A DNA stretch of 37,261 nt from Candidatus Stahliibacteriota bacterium. GTDB taxonomy: Bacteria > Hydrothermota > UBA3073. Below, piece after piece: positions 1 to 8,098 of the stretch; the first letter of the stretch is position 1, and every line of letters begins with the position of its first letter. The position numbers and the translations under genes are program-made. Under the pieces are notes generated by a model that was not told where the DNA came from, ran no database searches, and saw only the letters and a program-made list of their open reading frames with translations. Where the stretch lies: contig DAOUSS010000003.1 in assembly GCA_030627085.1 (NCBI GenBank), positions 1-37,261 of the forward strand, given 5' to 3'.

Positions 1-1
1 A

Positions 2-445
2 AACAAAGAAGTTCTTCTTGTTACAAAAAATGGTAGGGCATCCAGAATAAATGAAAATGAGGTGCGAATGATGGGCAGATCTGCCCAAGGTGTCATTGGG
101 ATGCGACTTAAAAAGAATGATTATATAGTGACCCTTGTCTCTCCAGGCAAAACGAGCTGTCTCTTTACTGTCACAGAGGACGGTCACGGGAAGAGAGTAA
201 AAGTTCAGAAGATCAGAAAGACCAGGAGAGGAAGCAAAGGGGTGGTTCTGGTTAAAGGCACTGTGGCAGGTGTTGTTCCTGTTGATGATGATTCAGAAGT
301 AATCTGTGTTACACAAAACGGACAGGTCATCAAGATAAAACTAAAAAGAGTGAGAATTATGGGGAGGGCTGCAAAAGGGGTAAAGATCATATTTCTAAAA
401 GAAGCCGATAAGGTCGTAGCAGTGGATAGGGTGGATAAGGAATAG
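2..445 (+). CDS. gyrA: DNA gyrase subunit A, C-terminal beta-pinwheel (5' truncated by window edge)
   Basis: Frame is open from base 2 (NKEVLLVTKNGRASRINENEVR...). Repeated blade motifs MGRSAQGVIGMRL, TRRGSKGV and MGRAAKGVKII. ParC cannot be fully excluded. Confidence 0.8.
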   Translation, partial: NKEVLLVTKNGRASRINENEVRMMGRSAQGVIGMRLKKNDYIVTLVSPGKTSCLFTVTEDGHGKRVKVQKIRKTRRGSKGVVLVKGTVAGVVPVDDDSEVICVTQNGQVIKIKLKRVRIMGRAAKGVKIIFLKEADKVVAVDRVDKE

Positions 446-493
446 GAAGAGCATTAGGGAGTCAGCTAATCAGTTATCGGTAATCAAGTCATT

Positions 494-519
494 GTAGGGA
501 CAGGGTACATCCCTGTCCG
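494..519 (+). repeat. GTAG-type REP palindrome
   Basis: GTAGGGACAGGG-TACAT-CCCTGTCCG; near-identical copy at 1732-1757. Confidence 0.85.
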
Positions 520-527
520 CAATCTTT

Positions 528-1724
528 GTGGTGAATTTTTTTTATGACTGGCTAGGCTTTTTCTGTGCACTTGCAGTATTGGTAGGTGTGTCAAGAAAAA
601 GTCTATCCCTTGCACTATTTCTGGGTGCCATAACACTCGGTTTTTTTACTCTCTCCCCTTTCCAATTGGGTACAGAGATTCTGGGAACACTGAAAGATCC
701 CTCTATAGTCCTGCTGGCAATTGCAGTGGGAATAATCCCATTGATTGGCGGGGTTATGAAAGAGGGGGGAGAGATAGACGGATTGATAAATAATTTCAGA
801 GTTGGCAAAAAGGCATTTCTTGCACTTACGCCTGCCTTGATGGGTATGCTACCAATGCCGGGAGGCGCCCTCCTTTCTGCCCCTATGGTCGAAGAGGCAG
901 GAATTGGCACAGATGAAAAGACAAAGGCCGCAATAAATGTGTGGTTCAGACATCTCTTCATCCTTATATATCCTCTCGCCCCTGCCCTTATTGCATCAAC
1001 AAAGATTGTAGAACTCACCGTTTATGATGTTATACCATGGCTGGTGCCCGAATTTCTTATTGCGTCTCTTACAGGTTATGTATTTTTTCTACGACGCATA
1101 AGGGGAAATATTGATTATGCTTCCCCATTTTCACTCAAAAATCTGCTTATACCGTTGTGCGTTGTCCTTGCCGCTCCCATCCTGGATTTTGCCTTGCGGT
1201 TTCTATTAAATTTCCCTATAAAGGAGACTGCCACTGTAATCGCGGTTCTCTTCTCTTTTGCATTATCCATCATCTTCAGTTCCAGAAAGCTTGATTTGAA
1301 GAGGATAGTGCTCAGAGCAAGGCCATGGAATTTTACATTCATAATACTGGGGATGTTTATCTTTTTAAACATCTTTATCGCTTCGGATACGGCATCGCGG
1401 GTGGCATCTCTCTCGCTCTCGGGCCCTGTTCTTTGTGTGATTGCTGGATTTCTCCTCGGATTGACCACGGGCAGAGTTCAGTTACCGGCATCCATAATAT
1501 TACCCGTTTATCTCGCTTCTTACGGTTCAATCTCCCCACTCGTGTTTTCTATAACCTATTTCAGCATATTCTGGGGATATATTATATCCCCTGTGCATCC
1601 CTGTATTGTTGTGTCGCTTGAATATTTCAATACCCGAATGAAGGACTTCTATCTTCGCATGCTTCCACCTGCCACTATTGTCTTCTTCTTAATACTCATA
1701 ACATCGTTTTTCCTTATTCCGTGA
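528..1724 (+). CDS. DUF401-family integral membrane protein (putative transporter)
   Basis: 398 aa with many hydrophobic segments; motifs GMLPMPGGALLSAPMV, NVWFRH and GYIISPVHPC. Confidence 0.75.
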   Translation: MVNFFYDWLGFFCALAVLVGVSRKSLSLALFLGAITLGFFTLSPFQLGTEILGTLKDPSIVLLAIAVGIIPLIGGVMKEGGEIDGLINNFRVGKKAFLALTPALMGMLPMPGGALLSAPMVEEAGIGTDEKTKAAINVWFRHLFILIYPLAPALIASTKIVELTVYDVIPWLVPEFLIASLTGYVFFLRRIRGNIDYASPFSLKNLLIPLCVVLAAPILDFALRFLLNFPIKETATVIAVLFSFALSIIFSSRKLDLKRIVLRARPWNFTFIILGMFIFLNIFIASDTASRVASLSLSGPVLCVIAGFLLGLTTGRVQLPASIILPVYLASYGSISPLVFSITYFSIFWGYIISPVHPCIVVSLEYFNTRMKDFYLRMLPPATIVFFLILITSFFLIP

Positions 1725-1731
1725 TGTTGAT

Positions 1732-1757
1732 GTAGGGACAGGGCTCGTCCCTGTCCG
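1732..1757 (+). repeat. GTAG-type REP palindrome
   Basis: GTAGGGACAGGG-CTCGT-CCCTGTCCG. Confidence 0.85.
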
Positions 1758-1771
1758 AGATGGCGCAATTT

Positions 1772-1998
1772 ACCACAAAGTTCACAAAGGACACAAAGTT
1801 TAAAAAATAAATAGCTTCTCTTTGTGTGCTTTGTGGTTTAAATAAAAAGAAATAAGTCCTTCTGTATTGATTAAGTTTTACCACACCTGTCTACCGACAG
1901 GTAGAAAGTTCACAAAGAATAAGAGATTTATTTAAAAAGTCAACATAATTAATTTCTCTGAAAATTCAAAATCTTGGTGTTCTTCGTGCCTTTGTGGT
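1772..1998. repeat. Two gene-less inverted 9-mer array elements (ACCACAAAG...CTTTGTGGT)
   Basis: 1772-1837: accacaaag ttcacaaag gacacaaag ... ctttgtgtg ctttgtggt. 1880-1998: same ends, with a 20-nt insert at 1886-1905. Confidence 0.8.
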
Positions 1999-2013
1999 GA
2001 AAAAGGAGGTCAT

Positions 2014-2634
2014 ATGCAATTATTTCTGTTACCCTTAATATTCCTTGCATCGGAGATAAAACTCCCCAAAGTGGAAACAGGGGATATGTCTCTTGAGGAA
2101 GCAATAAAAAGAAGGAGATCGGTACGAAGTTATGAGAAAACTGAACTCACACTACAACAGCTCTCTCAACTCCTGTGGGCTTCACAGGGCATTACGGATT
2201 CTGTGAGGGGATTTCGTTCTGCTCCATCTGCAGGCGCCCTCTATCCCCTCAAGGTATATCTTATCAAAAAAGATGGTATCTTTGAATATATACCATCTTC
2301 ACATTCAATAGTAAAAAAGGTGGATGGTGATAAAAGAGGAGAACTTTGTAAGGCGGCGCTATGGCAAAGTTTTATAAAGGAGGCGCCTGTAAGTTTTGTC
2401 ATAACCGCCATATACGAACGCACAACTGTAAAATACAGGGAAAGGGGTATAAGGTATGTGCATATAGAGGTGGGCCACTCTGCCCAGAATATTCACCTTG
2501 AGGCAGTTGCTCTGGGGCTCGCATCCGTTCCTGTCGGTGCATTTAAGGACGACGAGGTAAAAAAGGTGCTTTTCCTTCCTCCCTCTGAAGAACCACTGTA
2601 TATAATCCCTGTGGGATATGCAAGGGGACAATGA
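2014..2634 (+). CDS. SagB/ThcOx-like nitroreductase-family FMN oxidoreductase
   Basis: Motifs RRRSVRSY, LSQLLWASQG, RSAPSAGALYP, EVGHSAQNIHL and PVGAF; RBS AAGGAGG upstream. Confidence 0.85.
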   Translation: MQLFLLPLIFLASEIKLPKVETGDMSLEEAIKRRRSVRSYEKTELTLQQLSQLLWASQGITDSVRGFRSAPSAGALYPLKVYLIKKDGIFEYIPSSHSIVKKVDGDKRGELCKAALWQSFIKEAPVSFVITAIYERTTVKYRERGIRYVHIEVGHSAQNIHLEAVALGLASVPVGAFKDDEVKKVLFLPPSEEPLYIIPVGYARGQ

Positions 2635-2647
2635 TGGATTTTTCCCC

Positions 2648-2676
2648 TTGACAGGTGGGAAAAAATGTAGTATAAT
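2648..2676 (+). promoter_or_regulatory. Consensus sigma70 promoter
   Basis: TTGACA (2648-2653), 17-nt spacer, TATAAT (2671-2676). Confidence 0.8.
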
Positions 2677-2684
2677 ATTATTGG

Positions 2685-2837
2685 ATGACGCGAAATTGCA
2701 ATCCACAGAGATCAGATTATAATGGTAGTTATTTCTATTTTCCAGCCCAACCCCATTCCACTAATTGGCTTGATTGGGCACCACCACCCGATAAGTTGAT
2801 CCTTAATCGGAAGGAGGGAGCCCCGCCAATTGAATAA
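2685..2837 (+). other. Candidate leaderless 50-aa ORF and/or structured small RNA
   Basis: ATG lies 8 nt after the -10 box. Translation: MTRNCNPQRSDYNGSYFYFPAQPHSTNWLDWAPPPDKLILNRKEGAPPIE. Nested stems at 2763-2831. Confidence 0.35.
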
Positions 2838-2929
2838 GTTTAGCATAAATATGATGTTATTGCGACATAAAAGTTAAAAAACAGGTTGAAATTTGACATT
2901 ACATATAAAAAGGTAGTGTCAAATAGAAT

Positions 2930-3384
2930 ATGAAAGAATATGACAAACCACACCTGCCTGCCGTCAGGCAGGGAGGTCACAGAGTAAATTTAATTCTCTG
3001 TGCTCTCCAAAAGAGTTTCCTCTGAAAGATATAACGGAAAAGATAATTGCATGTGCGATTGAGGTTCATTCAAACTTGGGTCCTGGATTATTGGAAAGCG
3101 TTTATGAAGAAGCATTGGCATATGAATTTGAGTTGAGGGGAATTAATTTTGAAAGACAAAAAGAGATTATGCTTGAATACAAGGGGAAGAGTATAGGTCC
3201 GCATCGGGTAGATTTTTTAATAGAAGGGCAAGTGATATTAGAGATAAAGGCAACAGAGGGAATGAAGAAGATATTTGAGGCACAGGTTTTAACATATATG
3301 AAAGCAATAAAGAAAAAAGTGGGACTACTTATAAATTTCAATGTAGAAAGGTTGAAAGACGGGATAAAAAGATTGGTCTTATAA
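2930..3384 (+). pseudogene. GxxExxY protein (PD-(D/E)XK nuclease-like fold), 5' end apparently frameshifted by a 20-nt insertion
   Basis: Motifs GPGLLESVYE, RVDFLIEGQVILEIKA, AQVLTY and GLLINF. The typical N-terminus (ITEKIIACAIEVH) lies upstream of the TTG at 3076 with no in-frame ATG. Deleting 2953-2972 joins ATG 2930 in frame. Confidence 0.7.
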
Positions 3385-3457
3385 GAGGTCACAGAGGGGA
3401 GGGAGAACAATCTTTTGTAATTCCTTAATACTGAACATTCTCTGTGTTCTCTGTGGT
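2947..3457. mobile_element. Inverted 9-mer array element enclosing the GxxExxY gene
   Basis: Left end accaca[insert]gag gtcacagag; right end ctctgtgtt ctctgtggt; same end type as the empty copies. Confidence 0.55.
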
Positions 3458-3497
3458 TAGATTTTTGACAATACTCTAATAGAGAATAGGAGGGGAT

Positions 3498-3848
3498 ATG
3501 AAGGACTTAAGTGAACTTCGGATATATAAGCTAGCCGTTGATGTAGGAGAGTTGGTCTGGGAAGGAGTACAGGAATGGGAGAATTTTGCAAAGTGGACAA
3601 TCGGTAAGCAAGTTGTGGAATCCGCTGATGGTATTTCAGCTACTATGATGGAAGGATACTATCGCAACCAACCTGGAGACAAAAGGAAATTCTTCCAATA
3701 TGCACTATCATCTGCGAAAGAGACCGAGCTATGGTGCTGGAAAGCAAAAAATCGCAAAATTATGCCTTTGGAAAGGTATTCAGAGATCAAACAGTTGATA
3801 GATGACCTCTTGCCTCAATTAGTCAATTTCATAAAATCGATCCACTGA
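3498..3848 (+). CDS. Four-helix-bundle protein (23S rRNA IVP / Avd-like family)
   Basis: 116 aa; motifs ELRIYKLA, KQVVESADGISATMMEGYYR and FFQYALSSAKE; RBS AGGAGG. Confidence 0.85.
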   Translation: MKDLSELRIYKLAVDVGELVWEGVQEWENFAKWTIGKQVVESADGISATMMEGYYRNQPGDKRKFFQYALSSAKETELWCWKAKNRKIMPLERYSEIKQLIDDLLPQLVNFIKSIH

Positions 3849-3850
3849 TA

Positions 3851-3892
3851 CACCATTCCCTATTAACCATTCGCCATTCACTATTCACTAAT
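3851..3892 (+). repeat. 7-mer tandem array downstream of the four-helix-bundle gene
   Basis: ccattcc ctattaa ccattcg ccattca ctattca ctaat; short complementary remnant aatagagaatagg at 3478-3490. Confidence 0.75.
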
Positions 3893-3940
3893 CTGCCTAC
3901 CTACCCGCCTGACGGCAGGCAGGTAAGGAATTGAAACGAG

Positions 3941-3968
3941 GTAGGGGCGTATTGCAATACGCCCCTAC
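3941..3968. repeat. GTAG-type REP, perfect 28-bp palindrome between convergent genes
   Basis: GTAGGGGCGTATTGCAATACGCCCCTAC. Confidence 0.9.
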
Positions 3969-4038
3969 AGTTTAGGTGATAGTTATCGTAAAGCGTGAGG
4001 TGTAAATAGTAAATTGGAGGGGGGTAAAGGAATGTAAA

Positions 4039-5439
4039 TTATCCCAGGTTCAAGATGTTTTTTATCTCATCTACGAGTTGGGATACTTTTACTCTCTTCT
4101 GTCCAACCCTTGCTTCAAGCCACTTCTTCCTGTCACCTATCTCTTTCTCTATCCTCTCTTTTGCCCGTAAATCCTTTATTGAAACAATATCTTCTTTAAA
4201 TTCATCCTCACCAATTATTAAAGCAATAGGTATATCTTTCTTATCCGCATACTTCAGTTGTTTTCCAATTCCTTCTTCCCCGAGATAGACCTCTGTATTT
4301 ATGCCGTTCTCCCTCAATTTAAAGGCAAGTTTATGATATTCAACGAGTTTATCTCTCACCATACAGGTAATGAGGACATCTATATTATTCTTCCTTCGTT
4401 TTACAAGTCCCAGTTTCTGCATTGCCAAAACAAGTCTGTCCACACCTATAGATGCGCCTGTAGCAGGTATATCTTTGTCCATAAACTGTCCAATAAGCCT
4501 ATCGTATCTGCCTCCGCCCATAATACTCCCATATCCGGGTGCGTCCAGAAGTATCGCCTCATACACAGGACCTGTATAATAATCCAATCCTCTTGCTACT
4601 ACGAAATCAATTACTACCTTATCTTCGTCAATACCAACACCCTCAAGGTATCTGTCTATCTCTCTTAACTCTTCTATTCCCTCACAGTCTCCAAGAAGTA
4701 AAGTAACTGAATCGAGAGCCTCTTTTTGAGCCGCCTGCGGGAGCATAATAAACTCTTTTATTTTATCAATCTGTTCTTTTTTTAGAAAAAGTCCCCTTAT
4801 CTCTGCACCCGATGCATCAACCCTGCCCTCTCCCAATTCAGCAAGAACAGCATCAAGACCCTGTTTGTCAAGTTTATCAATCACACGAAATACCGAATGT
4901 GAAAGGGATGGCTCTATGCCAGCAAATCTAATCACCTCTTCTAGTATTTTTCTGTTGTTTATCCTTATCTTGAACCTTGCCACTCCGAGTGCCTTTATGG
5001 ACTGATACATAGCAGCTATAATCTCTGCATCTGCTATCACAGAAGAGATTCCAACTGTGTCTATATCAAATTGTAGAAACTCCCTGAACCTCCCCTTGTC
5101 AGGTTTATCATACCTGAATACTTCCTGTATCTGGTATCTTCTGAATGGCATTTCAAGGTTTTTATATTGTGCTATAACACGAGAAAGAGGGGATGTGAGG
5201 TCATACCGCAACCCTATGCTAATCTCATCAGGGTCACGGAAGGTGTATATCTGTTTGTTTGCTTCCTCCCCATACCCTACAAGAATGTCCTTGTATTCAA
5301 GGGCAGGAGTTGCGAGTGGAGAGAATCCATAGGATTCATACACCCTCTTTATTGTGGATACTACCTCCTCACGGGCCACTATCTCATCTGAGAATATGTC
5401 CTTGAATCCCTTGAGTGTTCTGGGTTCTATCTTTTTCAT
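4039..5439 (-). CDS. hisS: Histidine--tRNA ligase
   Basis: Motifs LRYDLT, FRYDKPDKGRFREFLQFDID, RGLDYYTG and GGGRYD; C-terminal anticodon-binding domain (KQLKYADK). Confidence 0.97.
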   Translation of the reverse strand: MKKIEPRTLKGFKDIFSDEIVAREEVVSTIKRVYESYGFSPLATPALEYKDILVGYGEEANKQIYTFRDPDEISIGLRYDLTSPLSRVIAQYKNLEMPFRRYQIQEVFRYDKPDKGRFREFLQFDIDTVGISSVIADAEIIAAMYQSIKALGVARFKIRINNRKILEEVIRFAGIEPSLSHSVFRVIDKLDKQGLDAVLAELGEGRVDASGAEIRGLFLKKEQIDKIKEFIMLPQAAQKEALDSVTLLLGDCEGIEELREIDRYLEGVGIDEDKVVIDFVVARGLDYYTGPVYEAILLDAPGYGSIMGGGRYDRLIGQFMDKDIPATGASIGVDRLVLAMQKLGLVKRRKNNIDVLITCMVRDKLVEYHKLAFKLRENGINTEVYLGEEGIGKQLKYADKKDIPIALIIGEDEFKEDIVSIKDLRAKERIEKEIGDRKKWLEARVGQKRVKVSQLVDEIKNILNLG

Positions 5440-5514
5440 ATTAATTCACCAATTCCTATAGAGGAAGACTTATCAGGTTGTGCAAAAAGTCAAGATATAA
5501 TTTTGGAGAACTCT

Positions 5515-5537
5515 CGCAACTTAAAAGTTGCGGCTAC
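5515..5537 (-). repeat. GTAG-type REP
   Basis: Minus strand reads GTAGCCGCAACTTTTAAGTTGCG. Confidence 0.8.
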
Positions 5538-5667
5538 CAGATTAACGGGTAATCAAGGCTATGTGGTTCCTCCTACTTATACGAGTCTATAACGAAGGAT
5601 ATACAGCAGACTCTGGCTAAATCAAATTTTACATTTTGATGTTTGACTTTTGGTTTTTTCACAAGAT

Positions 5668-5696
5668 ATTATACACCAAAAAACCAGATATGTCAA
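5668..5696 (-). promoter_or_regulatory. Consensus sigma70 promoter facing hisS
   Basis: Minus strand: TTGACA (5696-5691), 17-nt spacer, TATAAT (5673-5668). Confidence 0.75.
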
Positions 5697-5711
5697 GAAA
5701 AAATTGGGCTC

Positions 5712-5895
5712 CCACAGAGAACACAAATAGGTTAAATATTAAAATGCAAAATTAAATTCCAAAATCCAAATGACAAACGGAGGTGGATGTTAGTCATTAG
5801 GCACTGGTCATTGGCCATTAGTCATTGGGCATTTTATTGGAAATTGGTAATTGGAAATTTGATATTATAATTGGCGTTCTTGGTGTCTTGGTGGT
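5712..5895. repeat. Nested inverted arrays: a 7-mer element inside a 9-mer element
   Basis: Order: ccacagagaacacaaa / aaattccaaaatccaaatgacaaa / gtcattggccattagtcattg...ttggaaattggtaattggaaattt / cttggtgtcttggtggt. Confidence 0.7.
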
Positions 5896-5922
5896 TATGA
5901 ATATAGAGGAGTATAAAAATAC

Positions 5923-5951
5923 TTGACATTTCCAAAATGGTATGATAAAAT
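5923..5951 (+). promoter_or_regulatory. sigma70 promoter with extended -10
   Basis: TTGACA (5923-5928), 17-nt spacer, TG-n-TAAAAT (5946-5951); ATG follows at 5962. Confidence 0.75.
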
Positions 5952-5961
5952 AATAGCACTT

Positions 5962-6489
5962 ATGAAAAATATACTTTTAACAGGCAGGCCTGGTATCGGA
6001 AAAACAACCCTCATTTTGAAAGTAGTGAAAACTCTAAATATTGACGCAAGGGGATTCTACACACGAGAGATAAGAAAGGGTAGTGCGCGGGTGGGATTTG
6101 AGATTGTGGAGATAGGCAAAGACAATGCTAAAAGAGAGAGATTTGCACATATCGATTTTGATAAAAGATACAGGGTAGGCAAGTACGGAGTGAATATATC
6201 TATACTCGATGAGATCGGTGTAGAGGCAATAAAAAAGGGCATTGAAGAGAAAAAACTGATAATTATAGATGAAATCGGAAGGATGGAGTTATATTCAAAA
6301 AGATTCCGGGAGATGGTTATCCTTGCTCTAAATTCGTCATCGCCCGTCTTGACAACCATCACTATGAGCCCTCTTCCATTCGTACAGGATATTAAGCAAA
6401 GAAAAGATGTGACTATTTTAGAGATAACAAGAGACAACAGGAATAAGCTTTCAGATGAGATTATCACAAACTTTCAAGCCCTTCCATAA
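5962..6489 (+). CDS. THEP1/NTPase_1-family nucleoside triphosphatase
   Basis: Walker A GRPGIGKT; motifs GFYTREIR, RVGKYGVN and IIIDEIGRME. Start moved to ATG 5962 because the TTG at 5923 is the -35 box. Confidence 0.9.
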   Translation: MKNILLTGRPGIGKTTLILKVVKTLNIDARGFYTREIRKGSARVGFEIVEIGKDNAKRERFAHIDFDKRYRVGKYGVNISILDEIGVEAIKKGIEEKKLIIIDEIGRMELYSKRFREMVILALNSSSPVLTTITMSPLPFVQDIKQRKDVTILEITRDNRNKLSDEIITNFQALP

Positions 6490-7970
6490 ATTTCGGTCAT
6501 TTCCCTGAGCTTTCGTTTCAGCGCCGGTGTTATCTCGTCAGGTAGAAGTCGCCACTCCCAATTTCCTTTGGAGGTAGCAGGTCGGTTCATTCGAGCCTCT
6601 TCTCCCAGACCGAGAATATCCTGCATAGGAAAGATAACCATATTTGCAACAGACATCATAGTAAGTCGAATTAATTCCCAGTGAAGTTCTTCAAAAGGTA
6701 CCTCTCTCCCTATATAACAAAACAATCTCTTTCTTTCGTTAGACTTTGCTTCTCTCTCAAACCATCCCTTTATTGTATTATTGTCATGAGTCCCTGTATA
6801 GAAAACACAGTTTCTCACTACATTATGGGGTATGTAAGGATTTTGGGGGAAGCTTTCACCAAATGCAAAGAGAAGAACCTTCATTCCCGGGAACTTGTAA
6901 CGCTTCATTACATCTCTTACATCAGGTGTGATGACACCAAGGTCTTCAGCAATGATAGGTAAATGGGGAAATCTATCTTTAAGTTTATTAAAGAAATCCA
7001 TTGCTGGAGCCTTTATCCACTTGCCGTTAACAGCGGTCTTTTCTGTTGCCGGAACTTCCCAGTAGGCAACAAAGCCACGAAAATGGTCAACCCTTACAAA
7101 ATCGAATAAATTCAGATTATGCTCTATTCTCCGCAACCACCAATCATACCCCTTCTCCTTTAACATTTCCCAGTTATACAATGGATTTCCCCATAGTTGC
7201 CCCGTTTCACTGAAATAGTCCGGGGGCACACCGGCAACAACGTAAGGTCTTTTTTCGTTGTCAAGTTTAAATATCTCATGATGAGACCAGAGGTCCACAC
7301 TATCATAACTGACATAAATAGGTATATCTCCCATGATTTTAATACCTTTTTTATTAGAATATCTTCTGAGAGACAACCACTGTCTTGCAAAGACATATTG
7401 AATAAATTTTTCCCTCTCAATTTCATTATGAAGTTTCTCTTTTAAAGACCGCAAAGCCTCCGGCTGTTTATCCCGTATCTCAGTCGGCCATTCGCACCAA
7501 GCCTGACCGCGGAAATATACTTTAAGTGCAAGAAAAAGGGCATAATCTTCAAGCCAATAAGAATTTCCTGTACAGAATTCCTTGTATTCACGATTATTTC
7601 TCATCTTTTTAAAGCGCTCATAAGCAAGATTAAGAAGGTTTTTCTTGTAATTGCTAACCCCTTCATAATCGACTTTATCAGCGGGGAATTCAGATAAAGA
7701 AGAAATGTCCTCTCTTTTAACTAAACCGTCTCTTTCTAAAAGTTCCGGGCTTATTAGTAATGAGTTTCCTGCAAAAGCAGATATCGTGCCGTAAGGGGAA
7801 TTACCATAGACTAAATCTGTTGAGGCGAGAGGAAGAATCTGCCATAGACTCTGTTTGGTCTCAACAAGAAAATCGGCAAATCTGTAAGCCTCCGGTCCCA
7901 TATCCCCGATGCCGTATGGGGAAGGAAGGGATGTAATATGTAAAAGAATACCGCTTCCTCTTTTCATCAT
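6474..7970 (-). CDS. malQ: 4-alpha-glucanotransferase (amylomaltase, GH77)
   Basis: Motifs GILLHITSLP, GVPPDYFSETGQLWGNP, RVDHFRG, IAEDLG, YTGTHDN and RMNRP; start set at MMKRGSG. Confidence 0.95.
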   Translation of the reverse strand: MMKRGSGILLHITSLPSPYGIGDMGPEAYRFADFLVETKQSLWQILPLASTDLVYGNSPYGTISAFAGNSLLISPELLERDGLVKREDISSLSEFPADKVDYEGVSNYKKNLLNLAYERFKKMRNNREYKEFCTGNSYWLEDYALFLALKVYFRGQAWCEWPTEIRDKQPEALRSLKEKLHNEIEREKFIQYVFARQWLSLRRYSNKKGIKIMGDIPIYVSYDSVDLWSHHEIFKLDNEKRPYVVAGVPPDYFSETGQLWGNPLYNWEMLKEKGYDWWLRRIEHNLNLFDFVRVDHFRGFVAYWEVPATEKTAVNGKWIKAPAMDFFNKLKDRFPHLPIIAEDLGVITPDVRDVMKRYKFPGMKVLLFAFGESFPQNPYIPHNVVRNCVFYTGTHDNNTIKGWFEREAKSNERKRLFCYIGREVPFEELHWELIRLTMMSVANMVIFPMQDILGLGEEARMNRPATSKGNWEWRLLPDEITPALKRKLREMTEIYGRA

Positions 7971-7977
7971 ATAATTA

Positions 7978-8098
7978 AGTCGTTGAGTCATCGGGTCGTT
8001 GAGTCATTGGGTCATTGAGTCATTGGGTCGTTGGGTCCACAGGACGCTAAGACCCTACGACGCTAAGACGCTATGACGCTAAGACGCTATGACGCTAT
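7978..8098. repeat. Gene-less inverted 8-mer array element
   Basis: About 7 x GTCRTTGR, a 5-nt spacer, then 7 x GACGCTAN; ATTA on both sides (7974-7977 and 8097-8100). Confidence 0.9.

Noticed and set aside
2722-2799. 25-aa ORF with His-His-His as a histidine attenuator peptide
   Set aside because: No his gene downstream on this strand (hisS is convergent), no RBS and no U-tailed terminator.
2014-2837. Azole RiPP cluster (SagB-like gene plus small ORF)
   Set aside because: No YcaO, E1-like or protease gene nearby, and the peptide has no Cys/Ser/Thr-rich core.
2891-2924. TTGACA/TGTCAA pair as promoters
   Set aside because: No correctly spaced -10 on either strand; it is only a 12-bp-arm inverted repeat of unknown role.
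5440-5660. T-box leader for hisS (minus strand AAGTAGGAGGAACCAC)
   Set aside because: Lacks the UGGN antiterminator bulge, a recognisable stem I and a terminator; the leader is occupied by repeats.
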